Of a stretch of 64,000 nt of DNA, positions 1 to 9,818 are shown piece after piece (position 1 is the stretch's first letter; each line of letters opens with the position of its first letter). This DNA is from Cyanobacteriota bacterium (lineage in GTDB: Bacteria > Cyanobacteriota > Cyanobacteriia > Cyanobacteriales > Nostocaceae), in NCBI GenBank assembly GCA_046045965.1, contig JBJOKS010000019.1, positions 32,001 to 96,000 of the forward strand, given 5' to 3'. The position numbers and the translations under genes are program-made. The notes beneath the pieces are model-generated. The model was not told the DNA's origin. It made no database searches and saw nothing but the letters and a program-made list of their open reading frames with translations.

Positions 1-686
1 TCCGTGAACGTTTTGAGCAATTGCGACGCATGGGAGTGCGTACCGTGATGTTGACTGGAGATAACCGCATTACTACTTCTGTTATTGCTAAAGAAGCAGG
101 AGTAGATGAATTTATCGCCGAAGCGACACCAGAAGATAAAATCAGTGTCATTCAACGGGAACAGGCAGAAGGTAAACTGGTGGCTATGACCGGAGATGGA
201 ACTAATGATGCTCCTGCTTTAGCTCAGGCTAATGTGGGTGTGGCCATGAATACGGGAACTCAAGCTGCTAAGGAAGCTGCTAATATGGTGGACTTAGACT
301 CTGATCCCACAAAACTCATTGATATCGTCAGTATTGGTAAACAATTATTGATTACTCGTGGAGCATTGACGACTTTTTCTATTGCCAATGATATTGCTAA
401 ATATTTTGCTATTATCCCGGTAATTTTCGCGGCTGCTAATTTACAAAGCTTGAATATTATGAGGTTAACCAGTGTTAATTCGGCGGTATTGTCGGCACTG
501 ATTTACAATGCTTTGATTATTCCGGCTCTCATTCCTTTAGCATTGAAGGGTGTAAAATTTCGGCCTTTGACTGCTAATCAACTTCTACAACGCAATATTT
601 TTCTTTATGGCTTGGGTGGTATAATTGCTCCATTTATTGCCATTAAATTAATAGATATGCTAATTACAGTTGCTGGTTTAGCTTAA
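1..686 (+). CDS. kdpB: K+-transporting ATPase subunit B, 3' part (5' end outside window)
   Basis: P-type ATPase motifs [21 protein letters not shown] and KdpB-specific [20 protein letters not shown]; followed by kdpC. Confidence 0.97.
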   Translation, partial: RERFEQLRRMGVRTVMLTGDNRITTSVIAKEAGVDEFIAEATPEDKISVIQREQAEGKLVAMTGDGTNDAPALAQANVGVAMNTGTQAAKEAANMVDLDSDPTKLIDIVSIGKQLLITRGALTTFSIANDIAKYFAIIPVIFAAANLQSLNIMRLTSVNSAVLSALIYNALIIPALIPLALKGVKFRPLTANQLLQRNIFLYGLGGIIAPFIAIKLIDMLITVAGLA

Positions 687-731
687 TCACAGATGACTGG
701 GGACTGGGAAATACTCTTGCCGATTACCAAT

Positions 732-759
732 TCTAAAATCTAAAATCTAAAATCTAAAA
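732..759. repeat. Heptamer STRR (TCTAAAA)4
   Basis: Tandem heptamers between kdpB and kdpC. Confidence 0.85.
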
Positions 760-763
760 TTCA

Positions 764-1369
764 ATGATGACATTTATTCGAGAAACTATCCGAGCAATGC
801 GGATGATTTTATTAATTTGGTTGTTAACAGCAATTATTTATCCTTTGGCAATATTATGGTTTGGCCAGTTTGCCTTTCCTTCTTCAGCAAACGGCAGCGT
901 TGTTTTAAATATAAACGCTGAACCAATTGGTTCATCTTTGATTGGTCAACTTTTTACATCAGATAAATATTTTCATGGTCGTCCTAGTGCTGTGAGATAT
1001 AGCCAAGGTAGAAAAGCTGAACCAACGGGTATATCTGGGGGAAGTAATCTTGCTGCTAGTAATTCAGAGCTAACTAATAGAATTATTGAGGAAGCAACTC
1101 AATTAGAAGATGAGAATATACAACCTGTGGCAGATTTAATTTACAAGTCTGGCTCCGGTTTAGACCCCCATATTTCTTGGAAAGCAACTCGACAGCAGTT
1201 AGCAAGAGTGGCACAGGCACGGGGAATTAAAGAAGATGAAATTATCCCTTTAATTAATAAGTATACTGATGGCAGATTTTTAGGTATTTTTGGTGAACCG
1301 GGAGTTAATGTTTTGCGTTTAAATTATGCTCTTGATTTGCAAGAAATCAACCGTAGGCAAAATCAATAA
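764..1369 (+). CDS. kdpC: K+-transporting ATPase subunit C
   Basis: N-terminal TM with YPL, GSSLIGQ, YFHGRPSA, SGSGLDPHIS, FGEPGVNVLRLN motifs. Confidence 0.96.
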   Translation: MMTFIRETIRAMRMILLIWLLTAIIYPLAILWFGQFAFPSSANGSVVLNINAEPIGSSLIGQLFTSDKYFHGRPSAVRYSQGRKAEPTGISGGSNLAASNSELTNRIIEEATQLEDENIQPVADLIYKSGSGLDPHISWKATRQQLARVAQARGIKEDEIIPLINKYTDGRFLGIFGEPGVNVLRLNYALDLQEINRRQNQ

Positions 1370-1372
1370 TTA

Positions 1373-1410
1373 GTCATTGGTCATTGGTCATTGGTCATTG
1401 GTCATTAGTT
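1373..1410. repeat. Heptamer STRR (GTCATTG)n
   Basis: About 5 tandem copies just after the kdpC stop. Confidence 0.85.
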
Positions 1411-1413
1411 TAT

Positions 1414-1553
1414 ATGATTCCCAGCAGTGAAATACATTTAACATCTGCCAATTATATCTGTATTCGCGTAGAAGGGGAAAACACAAAATATTTATTGGTA
1501 TGGCTCCTGGGGTGGGCAAGACCTAGAGAATGTTTGATCAAGGTAACATTTAA
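1414..1553 (+). pseudogene. kdpD: Truncated, disrupted kdpD N-terminal remnant
   Basis: The frame starting at 1461 reads YSRRRGKHKIFIGMAPGVGKT*RMFDQG, the KdpD Walker-A-like motif, with TAG at 1524-1526. The upstream ATG (1414) is in another frame and the rest of the gene is absent. Confidence 0.88.
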
Positions 1554-1592
1554 GTTAAACTATTTTTTGCAATCACAATAGAATCTCTGTAA

Positions 1593-2813
1593 ATGCAACC
1601 GACTCGTGTTATAGGTTTAATGAGTGGCACATCTGTGGATGGTATAGATGCTGCCTTAGTAGATATCGTCGGTACAGATTTGGATCTCAAAGTTGAATTA
1701 ATAGCAGGGGAAACCTATCCTTATCCTGCTGAACTACGAGAAAAAATTTTGGCTATCTGTGCTGGTGAGGCGATGTCAATGGCAGAGTTGGCAGATATAG
1801 ATGATGCGATCGCTCTCGTTTTTGCCCAAGCTGCCCAAAATATTCAAGTTGGTTATCCACCTGCCACCCTTATTGGTTCCCACGGTCAAACAGTTTACCA
1901 CCGACCATTAGGATTTTCTACTTCAGGAAATATTGTTTCAGGAAATATTTTACCCAGTCCCCAGTCCCCAGTCCCCAATAAAGAGTCACTCGGTTACAGT
2001 TTACAACTTGGTCGGGGTGCTTTAATTTCGCGTTTGACAAGTATCACTACTATCAGTAATTTCCGTGTGGCTGATATTGCTATGGGTGGTCATGGTGCGC
2101 CTCTTGTTCCCAGGGTTGATGCCTATTTACTCAGTCATCCTCATGAGGGGCGTTGTATTCAAAATATAGGTGGTATTGGTAATGTTGCTTATCTGCCTCC
2201 ACGCCATGATAACTGGCTGTCTCAAATTCGCGGTTGGGATACAGGTCCAGGAAATAGTCTCTTGGATTTGGCGGTAGAGTATTTTACCAAGGGTGCTAAA
2301 AGTTACGATGAAAACGGCAGTTGGGCAGCTAGTGGTACTCCCTGTGATCCATTGGTAGAAAAATGGCTAAGTCAAGATTACTTTCATTTACCACCCCCTA
2401 AATCTACAGGGCGTGAGTTATTTGGTTTAACTTATCTACATCAGTGTTTACAGGATTGCCAAGCCTACCAACTCAGCACAGCAGATGTGCTGGCAACAAT
2501 TACAGAACTGACAGCAGCTTCGATTGTTCATAGTTACCGTACTTTTTTACCGCGAATGCCAGAACGGGTATTATTATGTGGGGGCGGTAGTCGGAATCTT
2601 TACTTAAAAAATAGGTTAGAGTTATTGTTAGGTTCAGTAGCAGTTTTAACTACAGATGAAGTTGGCTTAAGTGCAGCGTTTAAAGAAGCGATCGCTTTCG
2701 CTGTTTTAGCCTACTGGAGACAGTTAGGTATTCCTGGTAATTTACCTACTGCGACTGGAGCAGATCAAGAAGTGGTTTTAGGAGAAGTACATCAGGTGAG
2801 AGGTGAGAGGTGA
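1593..2813 (+). CDS. anmK: Anhydro-N-acetylmuramic acid kinase
   Basis: [61 protein letters not shown] motifs. Confidence 0.96.
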   Translation: MQPTRVIGLMSGTSVDGIDAALVDIVGTDLDLKVELIAGETYPYPAELREKILAICAGEAMSMAELADIDDAIALVFAQAAQNIQVGYPPATLIGSHGQTVYHRPLGFSTSGNIVSGNILPSPQSPVPNKESLGYSLQLGRGALISRLTSITTISNFRVADIAMGGHGAPLVPRVDAYLLSHPHEGRCIQNIGGIGNVAYLPPRHDNWLSQIRGWDTGPGNSLLDLAVEYFTKGAKSYDENGSWAASGTPCDPLVEKWLSQDYFHLPPPKSTGRELFGLTYLHQCLQDCQAYQLSTADVLATITELTAASIVHSYRTFLPRMPERVLLCGGGSRNLYLKNRLELLLGSVAVLTTDEVGLSAAFKEAIAFAVLAYWRQLGIPGNLPTATGADQEVVLGEVHQVRGER

Positions 2814-2819
2814 TAGTAG

Positions 2820-2945
<126 letters not shown>

Positions 2946-2994
2946 TCTGGCTCCTAAGATTATTGTTGTTGAAAAAATCAAAGGAAATTACAAG

Positions 2995-3441
2995 GTGACT
3001 CACAGTTTTTTGTTGGAACCAGGACGCTGGATCATGCAAGGAAGTTGGCTGGAAAGGAATAGTCTGCCGATCAGCTTTAAGGGGATGACTTTGGTAGTTT
3101 GGGATCGTGATGACTGGTTTTCTATGGCCACAAAGTTGATATTTCCTGGTAGCGATCGCTCAGAAATATCTTGCCAATACAAAGGAAGACTGCATGATGG
3201 CGAGCGCCAATATACTTTTTTACTCCAGCACAATATATTGGGACAAATTGAAGGGGAAGGTTGGATTTGTCCAGATACCATAGTACAACGTTATTGGGTG
3301 CTAGGCGATCGCGAACGTCGCAGCGGTTTTGAAACTCTACACCAGATTTCAGAGGATCATTATTACCTTACTAGTGGTATCCTAGCCGGTCATTTTCTCA
3401 CCAGTACGATGGAGGCCAGTCTAGAACGTCAGCCCCAATAA
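2995..3441 (+). CDS. Conserved hypothetical protein (beta-rich)
   Basis: 148-aa ORF with GTG start, protein-like composition, co-oriented with the downstream kinase. Confidence 0.75.
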   Translation: MTHSFLLEPGRWIMQGSWLERNSLPISFKGMTLVVWDRDDWFSMATKLIFPGSDRSEISCQYKGRLHDGERQYTFLLQHNILGQIEGEGWICPDTIVQRYWVLGDRERRSGFETLHQISEDHYYLTSGILAGHFLTSTMEASLERQPQ

Positions 3442-3510
3442 GTATATTCATCGTCTTATGGCAGCAGCCTATTTCATCCACGATTTTTGAACAATAGAGT
3501 CGATTTTTTT

Positions 3511-5109
3511 ATGTCAGACCCCAACACTGGTCGCTTACTCAGCAACCGCTACCAGCTGCAAGAGTTAATTGGTACTGGAGCCATGGGACGAGTGTATCGT
3601 GCTAAGGATATTTTGTTGGGAGGTGTACCTGTTGCTATCAAGTTTCTTGCTTTATCCCTCCAAAATGAAAAAATGCGTTTGCAAGAACGTTTTGAGCGAG
3701 AAGCAAAAACCTGTGCTTTACTAGGTCAAAAAAATATTCATATCGTCCGCGTGATGGACTATGGCGTAGATGAACATAACACCCCATACTACGTTATGGA
3801 ATATTTGCAAGGACAAAGCTTAAGCACTGTCATCCGCAGCCAAAATCTTTCTCTATCTAGATTCCTAAGCATGGCACGGCAGATCTGCCTGGGTTTACAG
3901 TCTGCTCACAATGGTATCCCCGTAGATGGAGTTATCTGCCCTATTATTCATCGTGATATTAAGCCGAGCAATATGCTGGTGATTCAAGATCCCAGTTTTG
4001 GTGAATTAGTCAAGGTCTTAGACTTTGGAATTGCCAAGTTAGTGATGTCGGATAGTGATCAGACGAAATTTTATTTGGGTACTCTGGCTTATTCTTCTCC
4101 TGAACAAATTGAGGGCAAAGAACTAGACAGTCGCTCTGATATTTATAGTTTGGGTGTGATGATGTTTGAAATGCTCACAACTAAGATGCCACTCATCCCA
4201 TCAACTCATTCTTTTGGAGCCTGGTATCAAACCCATAAATTTCAAAAACCCATGTCTTTTGCTGAGGCTAATCCTAAATTAAAAATACCAAAGCAAGTAC
4301 AAGATTTGGTAATGAGTTGTTTGGAAAAAAAACCCAGCGATCGCCCCCAAGCTATCAAGGAAATTCTTAATGTTTTAGTAGCCGCAGAACAGCAAAACAA
4401 AATCAGTCAATCAAATAGTCAAAATATTCCTGCATCCACGCAAAACTTAATCACTCAGCCGCAGCCTGAAAACAAGGGGAGAATTGAACGACGGGTATCA
4501 TCGATACCTGAAAAAATACTCAAAACTGACCTGCCGTTATCCGCAATCAATGATGATATTACTCGGTTGCTTTCTTGGCCAGCAAATAAACCAATTGCTG
4601 ATATTGTTTTTCCCCAACCTATTGATACCAATGGTGAATTTTCTCCAGCCTTGTGGGTGATGCTCCCTCAACAGGAAATTCAAAAGCGTTTAATTTGTAC
4701 TCGCTACAATCAATTCCTGTTTCTTTCTCTTCCCCATCCAATGGTGTTATGGATTACAGTCATCTACAACCGTGAACATGGGGCTAAATGGTTGCCTTAC
4801 TACCTTGATCTCAAAACCAGTTTCGGTCAGGAAATCATTCGCTTGCTACATTATACAGGTTTTTATCGCTTGTTGTTTTTTGCCCGAGAAACACCCAGCC
4901 GCTGTAATCATGTTCTACTTTCCAGTATTGCTCCCATTCAACGTGAACGACTGCAAGAGTGGTTAGAAATCAGCAAGGTATCTACATCTTCTACTGATGC
5001 CCAAATTAGTAAAAATTTGCTGAAACAGGAGTATGAAAAGATTAAACAGCAAATCTTAATCAAACTACAAACAATTGATACTGGTTCATCTTTTGACATA
5101 TCTGGTTAA
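3511..5109 (+). CDS. Hanks-type Ser/Thr protein kinase with uncharacterised C-terminal domain
   Basis: IGTGAMGRVY, VAIK, HRDIKPSN, DFGIAK, SPEQ, SDIYSLG; ATG 3511 preferred over TTG 3487. Confidence 0.95.
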   Translation: MSDPNTGRLLSNRYQLQELIGTGAMGRVYRAKDILLGGVPVAIKFLALSLQNEKMRLQERFEREAKTCALLGQKNIHIVRVMDYGVDEHNTPYYVMEYLQGQSLSTVIRSQNLSLSRFLSMARQICLGLQSAHNGIPVDGVICPIIHRDIKPSNMLVIQDPSFGELVKVLDFGIAKLVMSDSDQTKFYLGTLAYSSPEQIEGKELDSRSDIYSLGVMMFEMLTTKMPLIPSTHSFGAWYQTHKFQKPMSFAEANPKLKIPKQVQDLVMSCLEKKPSDRPQAIKEILNVLVAAEQQNKISQSNSQNIPASTQNLITQPQPENKGRIERRVSSIPEKILKTDLPLSAINDDITRLLSWPANKPIADIVFPQPIDTNGEFSPALWVMLPQQEIQKRLICTRYNQFLFLSLPHPMVLWITVIYNREHGAKWLPYYLDLKTSFGQEIIRLLHYTGFYRLLFFARETPSRCNHVLLSSIAPIQRERLQEWLEISKVSTSSTDAQISKNLLKQEYEKIKQQILIKLQTIDTGSSFDISG

Positions 5110-5494
5110 AGTTCAATTAAATATATTAAAATCAGTATATATGTTGTCAGAGTAATTTATTCAAAAAAAGTAAACTTTTGTAAAGAAAATCTCTTGATGA
5201 ACCTAAATTATAGTTATATAAAATGGAAAGCTGAATCAGACTAGAGATTTGCTCTGGTAGGATGAGAGGGTATTGTAAAACTTCGGCGAATTTATAGACA
5301 ATGGTAGTTTGAATATTTTACATAAAGTAGTCCCTACAGCGTTATTCCCGGCAAACCAAAGGCATGAGATATTTGTCTATGTTTTTTGGAAATATTGGTG
5401 ATCGAAGTTGACGCCCCAACATCCCCAGCTTTTTTCCTCTGCGGGAACCAAGCAAGAGAAGGAGGTCGCCCACTGCGACAAAAGCAACCTTACT

Positions 5495-5692
5495 CTATGC
5501 CATAGTGGAACCTGAGTCTAATCCCCACTGATGCTTGAGAAGCTCTTTATAAGTTGCTTCCCGTACAACCATCTGCTCATAGAGTTTAACTAAAAACTCT
5601 TGTGCTTGTTCATGGCTCATTTCCCTAACTTGTGTAGCAAATGAACGGATGTTAAATTGCTGTTCCAAGGAAAGCTCAATTGGTTGATTCAT
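5495..5692 (-). CDS. nblA: Phycobilisome degradation protein NblA
   Basis: 65 aa with LSLEQQF..RSF..QV..MSHEQAQEFL signature. Confidence 0.96.
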   Translation of the reverse strand: MNQPIELSLEQQFNIRSFATQVREMSHEQAQEFLVKLYEQMVVREATYKELLKHQWGLDSGSTMA

Positions 5693-6143
5693 AGTTAAAA
5701 CCTAAAAAACAACTCGTAAAAGTGATATCGGTGACAGAAAACCCAATTGGGTAATGCTTCGGCTGATATTGTCCTCAACATTTGTTTGTCCCACTATATT
5801 AAGAAAGATAACAATTGTTTGACAAATTGCCCATTCCCATGAGGTTGTTTTTTCCTGTTTCTGTATCTTGCACTTAAACCTACTAAGATACACACCCGGT
5901 TTACCAAGGTAGATTGTGAGTCAATAGACCTATAGAAAAATCGAGGTGTTTTACAGTAGACTCTGTTTGGGGTTAATTTCTATCCTTGCGGTTGGGATTG
6001 ACAAGGATGAGAGGTAAAAAATATCAATTTCCTAAATTATGAAAATTTAGCCTCATCAGGTGAATTGAGAGACTTAAAGATATTTTTAGCAATTTGCAAA
6101 CATAAAAAATGCTCAAATTGAACAAAATGATAAGTATATTTAC

Positions 6144-6306
6144 CAAAAACAGGGGTTTAAAGCCTCGCCCTTGAGGGCGACTTTTTGATAGAATGGAACA
6201 AACAGGCAGGGCATTGTCTGTTGGGCGAGACAGTGTAAGACGGGGATTCCTGCAACTGTTGTTTGAACCCAGAATCTCCGCGCTTCTAGGGCGGGGAGTC
6301 TGTCAA
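6144..6306 (+). mobile_element. Non-autonomous miniature IS200/IS605-family element (PATE-like, IS608/IS891 type)
   Basis: TTAC target at 6140-6143, left end AAAG guide plus hairpin tcgccc-ttga-gggcga, right end GAAT guide plus hairpin ending in TGTCAA; no ORF. Confidence 0.85.
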
Positions 6307-6399
6307 TATTAGTTATGACTCATCGGGGAGATGGGGAGATGGGTGGTTAATAAGCCAATTACCAATCACCTATTCCCTGTTCCCTGACTACTGACTAAA

Positions 6400-7134
6400 T
6401 TAAGAATTTTCCTCGACAGCGACAAGGACGACAGTGATGTTGTCATGTCCACCTTGCTCTTTTGCGGCTTTAACTAGAGAGCCGACAGCTTTATCTAGGA
6501 CAGGAAAATCTTCGAGACAGCTTTTAATCTTTTGCTCGACGAGTTCTTCAGTGAGTCCATCACTACATAAAAGTAAGCGATCGCCAACTTTTATATCTAG
6601 TGGTTGTCGATCAACTTGATGCAAGTCTTCACGTCCCAAACAGCGTGATAAAACATGACGATAGGGATGTAACCTAGCTTCTTCAGGGGTGATATCGCCA
6701 ATTTTGATAGCTCTGGCTATCCACGTATGATCTTCTGTGATTTGCTCTAGTTGGGATTCCCGATAACGGTATAGTCTTGAATCGCCGACGTGAGCGCACC
6801 AAGGTGGTTCTGAGTCACGGAAAACTACAACAACAACAGTAGTTCCCATATCAGCACGTTCAGGATGATTTTGCTGATCCTGCAAAATTCCTGCATTAGC
6901 TTTCCATAAAGCTTGTTCTAATAATTCTGGTGTAGGTTTGGAAGACTGCCAATTTTCTTCTAAATACGCCCGAATTTCTTGGGCTGCAATGCGACTGGCT
7001 TGCTCTCCTCCTGCATGACCACCCATACCGTCAGCAACTATAAAAAATCGCCCTTCAGGGTCTATATAGTAAGCATCTTGATTATTAGAACGAATAAGTC
7101 CCGGATCAGTAGAACCCGTGAAGTTAAGTTTCAT
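6400..7134 (-). CDS. pphA: PP2C-family Ser/Thr phosphatase (PphA-like)
   Basis: RSNNQD, VADGMGGH, MGTT, HVGDSRLY, LCSDGL, GGHDNIT; same gene order as the cyanobacterial hypothetical/ABC1 kinase/pphA cluster. Confidence 0.9.
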   Translation of the reverse strand: MKLNFTGSTDPGLIRSNNQDAYYIDPEGRFFIVADGMGGHAGGEQASRIAAQEIRAYLEENWQSSKPTPELLEQALWKANAGILQDQQNHPERADMGTTVVVVVFRDSEPPWCAHVGDSRLYRYRESQLEQITEDHTWIARAIKIGDITPEEARLHPYRHVLSRCLGREDLHQVDRQPLDIKVGDRLLLCSDGLTEELVEQKIKSCLEDFPVLDKAVGSLVKAAKEQGGHDNITVVLVAVEENS

Positions 7135-7152
7135 AAATTTTGTTGGCAATAA

Positions 7153-8838
7153 TTAATACTTTTGATCATAACGGTCAAGGCGTGAAATTAGGCGGAGAAG
7201 GATGAATGAGACTCCGGCGGCAATTAAACCAGCGATCGCGGCTAACCATACATAATGATTAACCAAGAGAATAGTAGCTGAAACAGTAAAACCACTGATG
7301 ATCAAAGCATAACTCATTCCCATCTGAATATTACTCTGTCTTCTTAACAGACGTTCTGTTTCTACAGAGCGAACCCGCAGACGAATATCACCTCGTTCTA
7401 GTTTATCTAAAGTATCTTCTAATCGACGTGGTAGACCTAAAGCAGTGCTACTGACTTGTACTGCTTGACGACTTAATTCATTCAAAAAGCTATTCCCCTC
7501 TAAACCACTATTGTTAGTCATAAGCTCCATTGCATAAGGCTGGGCAACTTCCATAAAATTAAATTCAGGATCTAAACCCTTACCTACCCCTTCCAGGGTA
7601 GAAAAAGCCCGCATGACAAAAGTGAAAGTTGCTGGAAATCGGAATGGTTGATTGTAAGCTATTTCATACAGGTCTTCGCTGATGGCGGCCACTGATTGGG
7701 TTTCAAAGGGTTTATCCATGAAGTTATCCAGCATATACTGGACTGAACGCCGCACCGGACCCATATCGTCCACTGGTGCGATCGCTCCCAAGTCAATGAG
7801 AGACTGAACTACGCGATCTCCATCTTTTTGAGCGATACCAAACAAAGTTTCCATAAGTCCTTCACGGACATTGGATTTAATTGTTCCCATCATCCCAAAA
7901 TCGTAGAAAATCAAAGCACCATCGGCACTAACAGCCAGATTACCAGGGTGGGGATCGGCGTGGAAGAAACCATTATTGAGTAATTGATGTAAATATGCTT
8001 GAGCGCCATAACGAGCGATCGCTTTCCGATCCACACCCGCAGCTTCTAAAGCCTCATATTGGCTAACTTTAATCCCCGGCACATATTCCAAACTAATTAC
8101 CCTGGAAGTAGTATAACGCCAGTAAACCCTGGGTACTTTCACCCAGTTATAAGCGCGGAAATTGCGGCGAAAAGTATCAGCATTGCGTCCTTCACCCAAG
8201 TAATCAATTTCTTCCCAGAGAATGCGACAACATTCTTCATAAATGCCCATCCAATCTCTTCCCTTTCCCCATTTAGGATGGTTTTGGAAGTAACGAGCAA
8301 TACCCTTGAGAATTTGTAAATCAATTTCAAACAGCTTCTTGAGTCCCGGACGTTGCACCTTAACAACTACTGATTCTCCAGAATGTAGCACAGCTTTATG
8401 AACTTGTCCCAAACTAGCAGCAGCAAGGGGAACAGGTTCAAAACTGTGGAATAGTTCAGGAATTTTTTTACCTAATTCTTGTTCAATAATTGCCTCTACT
8501 TGCTCATAGCTAAAAGCTGGTACTCTATCTTGTAATTTCGATAATTCTTCGACATATTCACCAGGGAAGATATCAGCACGGGTAGAAAACAACTGGCCAA
8601 CTTTAATAAAAGTCGGACCCAAATCCAAAAACGTATTTCTAATCCAAATTGCTTGGGCTTTCCGTCTAGCAGCTTGCTTTGCTTCCGTTAAACCACCAGG
8701 GTAACTCCAAGCCTTATTATACCGCCAAATTTTGAACATAAAGGTCAAAACAAAAGACCAAATATCTACAAAACGGCGCTTGCTAGAGTATTTCTCCCGA
8801 TTCCAACGGTAAGCTTTATCTGAATAACCTTGTTCCAT
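7153..8838 (-). CDS. ABC1/AarF/UbiB-family atypical kinase
   Basis: LGPTFIKVGQ, AAASLGQVH, VKVQRP, FHADPHPGN, YDFGM; C-terminal TM pair. Confidence 0.95.
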   Translation of the reverse strand: MEQGYSDKAYRWNREKYSSKRRFVDIWSFVLTFMFKIWRYNKAWSYPGGLTEAKQAARRKAQAIWIRNTFLDLGPTFIKVGQLFSTRADIFPGEYVEELSKLQDRVPAFSYEQVEAIIEQELGKKIPELFHSFEPVPLAAASLGQVHKAVLHSGESVVVKVQRPGLKKLFEIDLQILKGIARYFQNHPKWGKGRDWMGIYEECCRILWEEIDYLGEGRNADTFRRNFRAYNWVKVPRVYWRYTTSRVISLEYVPGIKVSQYEALEAAGVDRKAIARYGAQAYLHQLLNNGFFHADPHPGNLAVSADGALIFYDFGMMGTIKSNVREGLMETLFGIAQKDGDRVVQSLIDLGAIAPVDDMGPVRRSVQYMLDNFMDKPFETQSVAAISEDLYEIAYNQPFRFPATFTFVMRAFSTLEGVGKGLDPEFNFMEVAQPYAMELMTNNSGLEGNSFLNELSRQAVQVSSTALGLPRRLEDTLDKLERGDIRLRVRSVETERLLRRQSNIQMGMSYALIISGFTVSATILLVNHYVWLAAIAGLIAAGVSFILLRLISRLDRYDQKY

Positions 8839-8935
8839 ATTTTTTTGTACCGTTGGGTATTCACCAAATCTCCAGTAAGAACAGACACTTTCTAAGTTTT
8901 TTTGATTAATAGGGTTGGGGGCTGGGGAGAAATCA

Positions 8936-9056
8936 AGTCAAAAGTCAAAAGTCAAAAGTCAAAAGTCAAAAGTCAAAAATTATAGATAGCTTCTGCCTTC
9001 TGCCTTTTGCCTCCTGCCTCATGCCTTCTGTTCCCTGTTCCCTGTTCCCTGTTCCC
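8936..9056. repeat. STRR tracts (AGTCAAA)n, (CTGCCTT)-like and (GTTCCCT)n
   Basis: Tandem heptamers in the intergenic region. Confidence 0.85.
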
Positions 9057-9061
9057 TTTAT

Positions 9062-9385
9062 CTATTTTGACGTACTGCGATATTTTTGCAGTTCGGTTCT
9101 TAATAAGGCTATTTCTGCTCTTAATTCGTCTATTTCAGCCTGTAAGTCTGTTGAACCTACTCCTGATGCACTATTACCCGTAGTTGTTCCAGCTTCGGCT
9201 GCTTCAGCTGCCCGATTAGCTCGTGCTATTACTTCCTCTGTAAACTGGTGTAGCTGCTCTCTGGCTTCAGCATCAAATTTACCCAGTTCGCTCAACGCGT
9301 CAGTCAAGGCGACTTCTACGCGCTCATTAATTACTTCAGCTACTGCTCTGCCTACAAAAAAGGCTTGCACAAGGGGATTACTCAT
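9062..9385 (-). CDS. Conserved cyanobacterial coiled-coil hypothetical protein
   Basis: MSNPLVQAFFVGRA..., C-terminal IDELRAEIA coiled coil; upstream of the ABC1 kinase. Confidence 0.85.
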   Translation of the reverse strand: MSNPLVQAFFVGRAVAEVINERVEVALTDALSELGKFDAEAREQLHQFTEEVIARANRAAEAAEAGTTTGNSASGVGSTDLQAEIDELRAEIALLRTELQKYRSTSK

Positions 9386-9644
9386 AAATTTTTGTAAAGT
9401 TGCTCCGCAAGAAAATTATAACTTGCATTTCGCATCAGGTGTTGACCATATTCAAGAGTTTATCAGTATTGGCTTGCTGATGAATCTGTATAATTTTAGC
9501 TTGTAATTTCTCAAATACTGGAAGTATTAAATAATTTTGATATCTAAATAATTATGAATAAATACGTAAATATTTGTTGCAATATATTTAATTTCTACTA
9601 AATATCTATTAGTTCAATTTAAATTAAGTAAAATAATTAAATGG

Positions 9645-9800
9645 TCACAATCAGGATATCCAAGATTAGAGGATTTACAGGATTAAATATCAAACATTAA
9701 ACGCAGATGAACGCAGATAAACGCAGATGATTTTTACCTCATTATCAGAATTTCCAGGATTTAAGAATTTACAGGATAGTAATTGATTAATTTTTGGTTG
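9645..9800 (+). repeat. Compound small dispersed repeat block (left copy flanking the RM gene)
   Basis: aatcaggatatccaagattagaggatttacaggat, then aaacgcagatgaacgcagataaacgcagat, then a second caggat unit and gtaattgattaatttt; the same order recurs at 12811-13162. Confidence 0.8.
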
Positions 9801-9818
9801 TTTTTTTTAAGGTTTACT

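Noticed and set aside
1384..1581. 65-aa ORF after kdpC
   Set aside because: It starts in an STRR and is the wrong frame of the kdpD remnant
5700..6130. NtcA box upstream of nblA
   Set aside because: I did not find a convincing GTA-N8-TAC by eye, so none is reported
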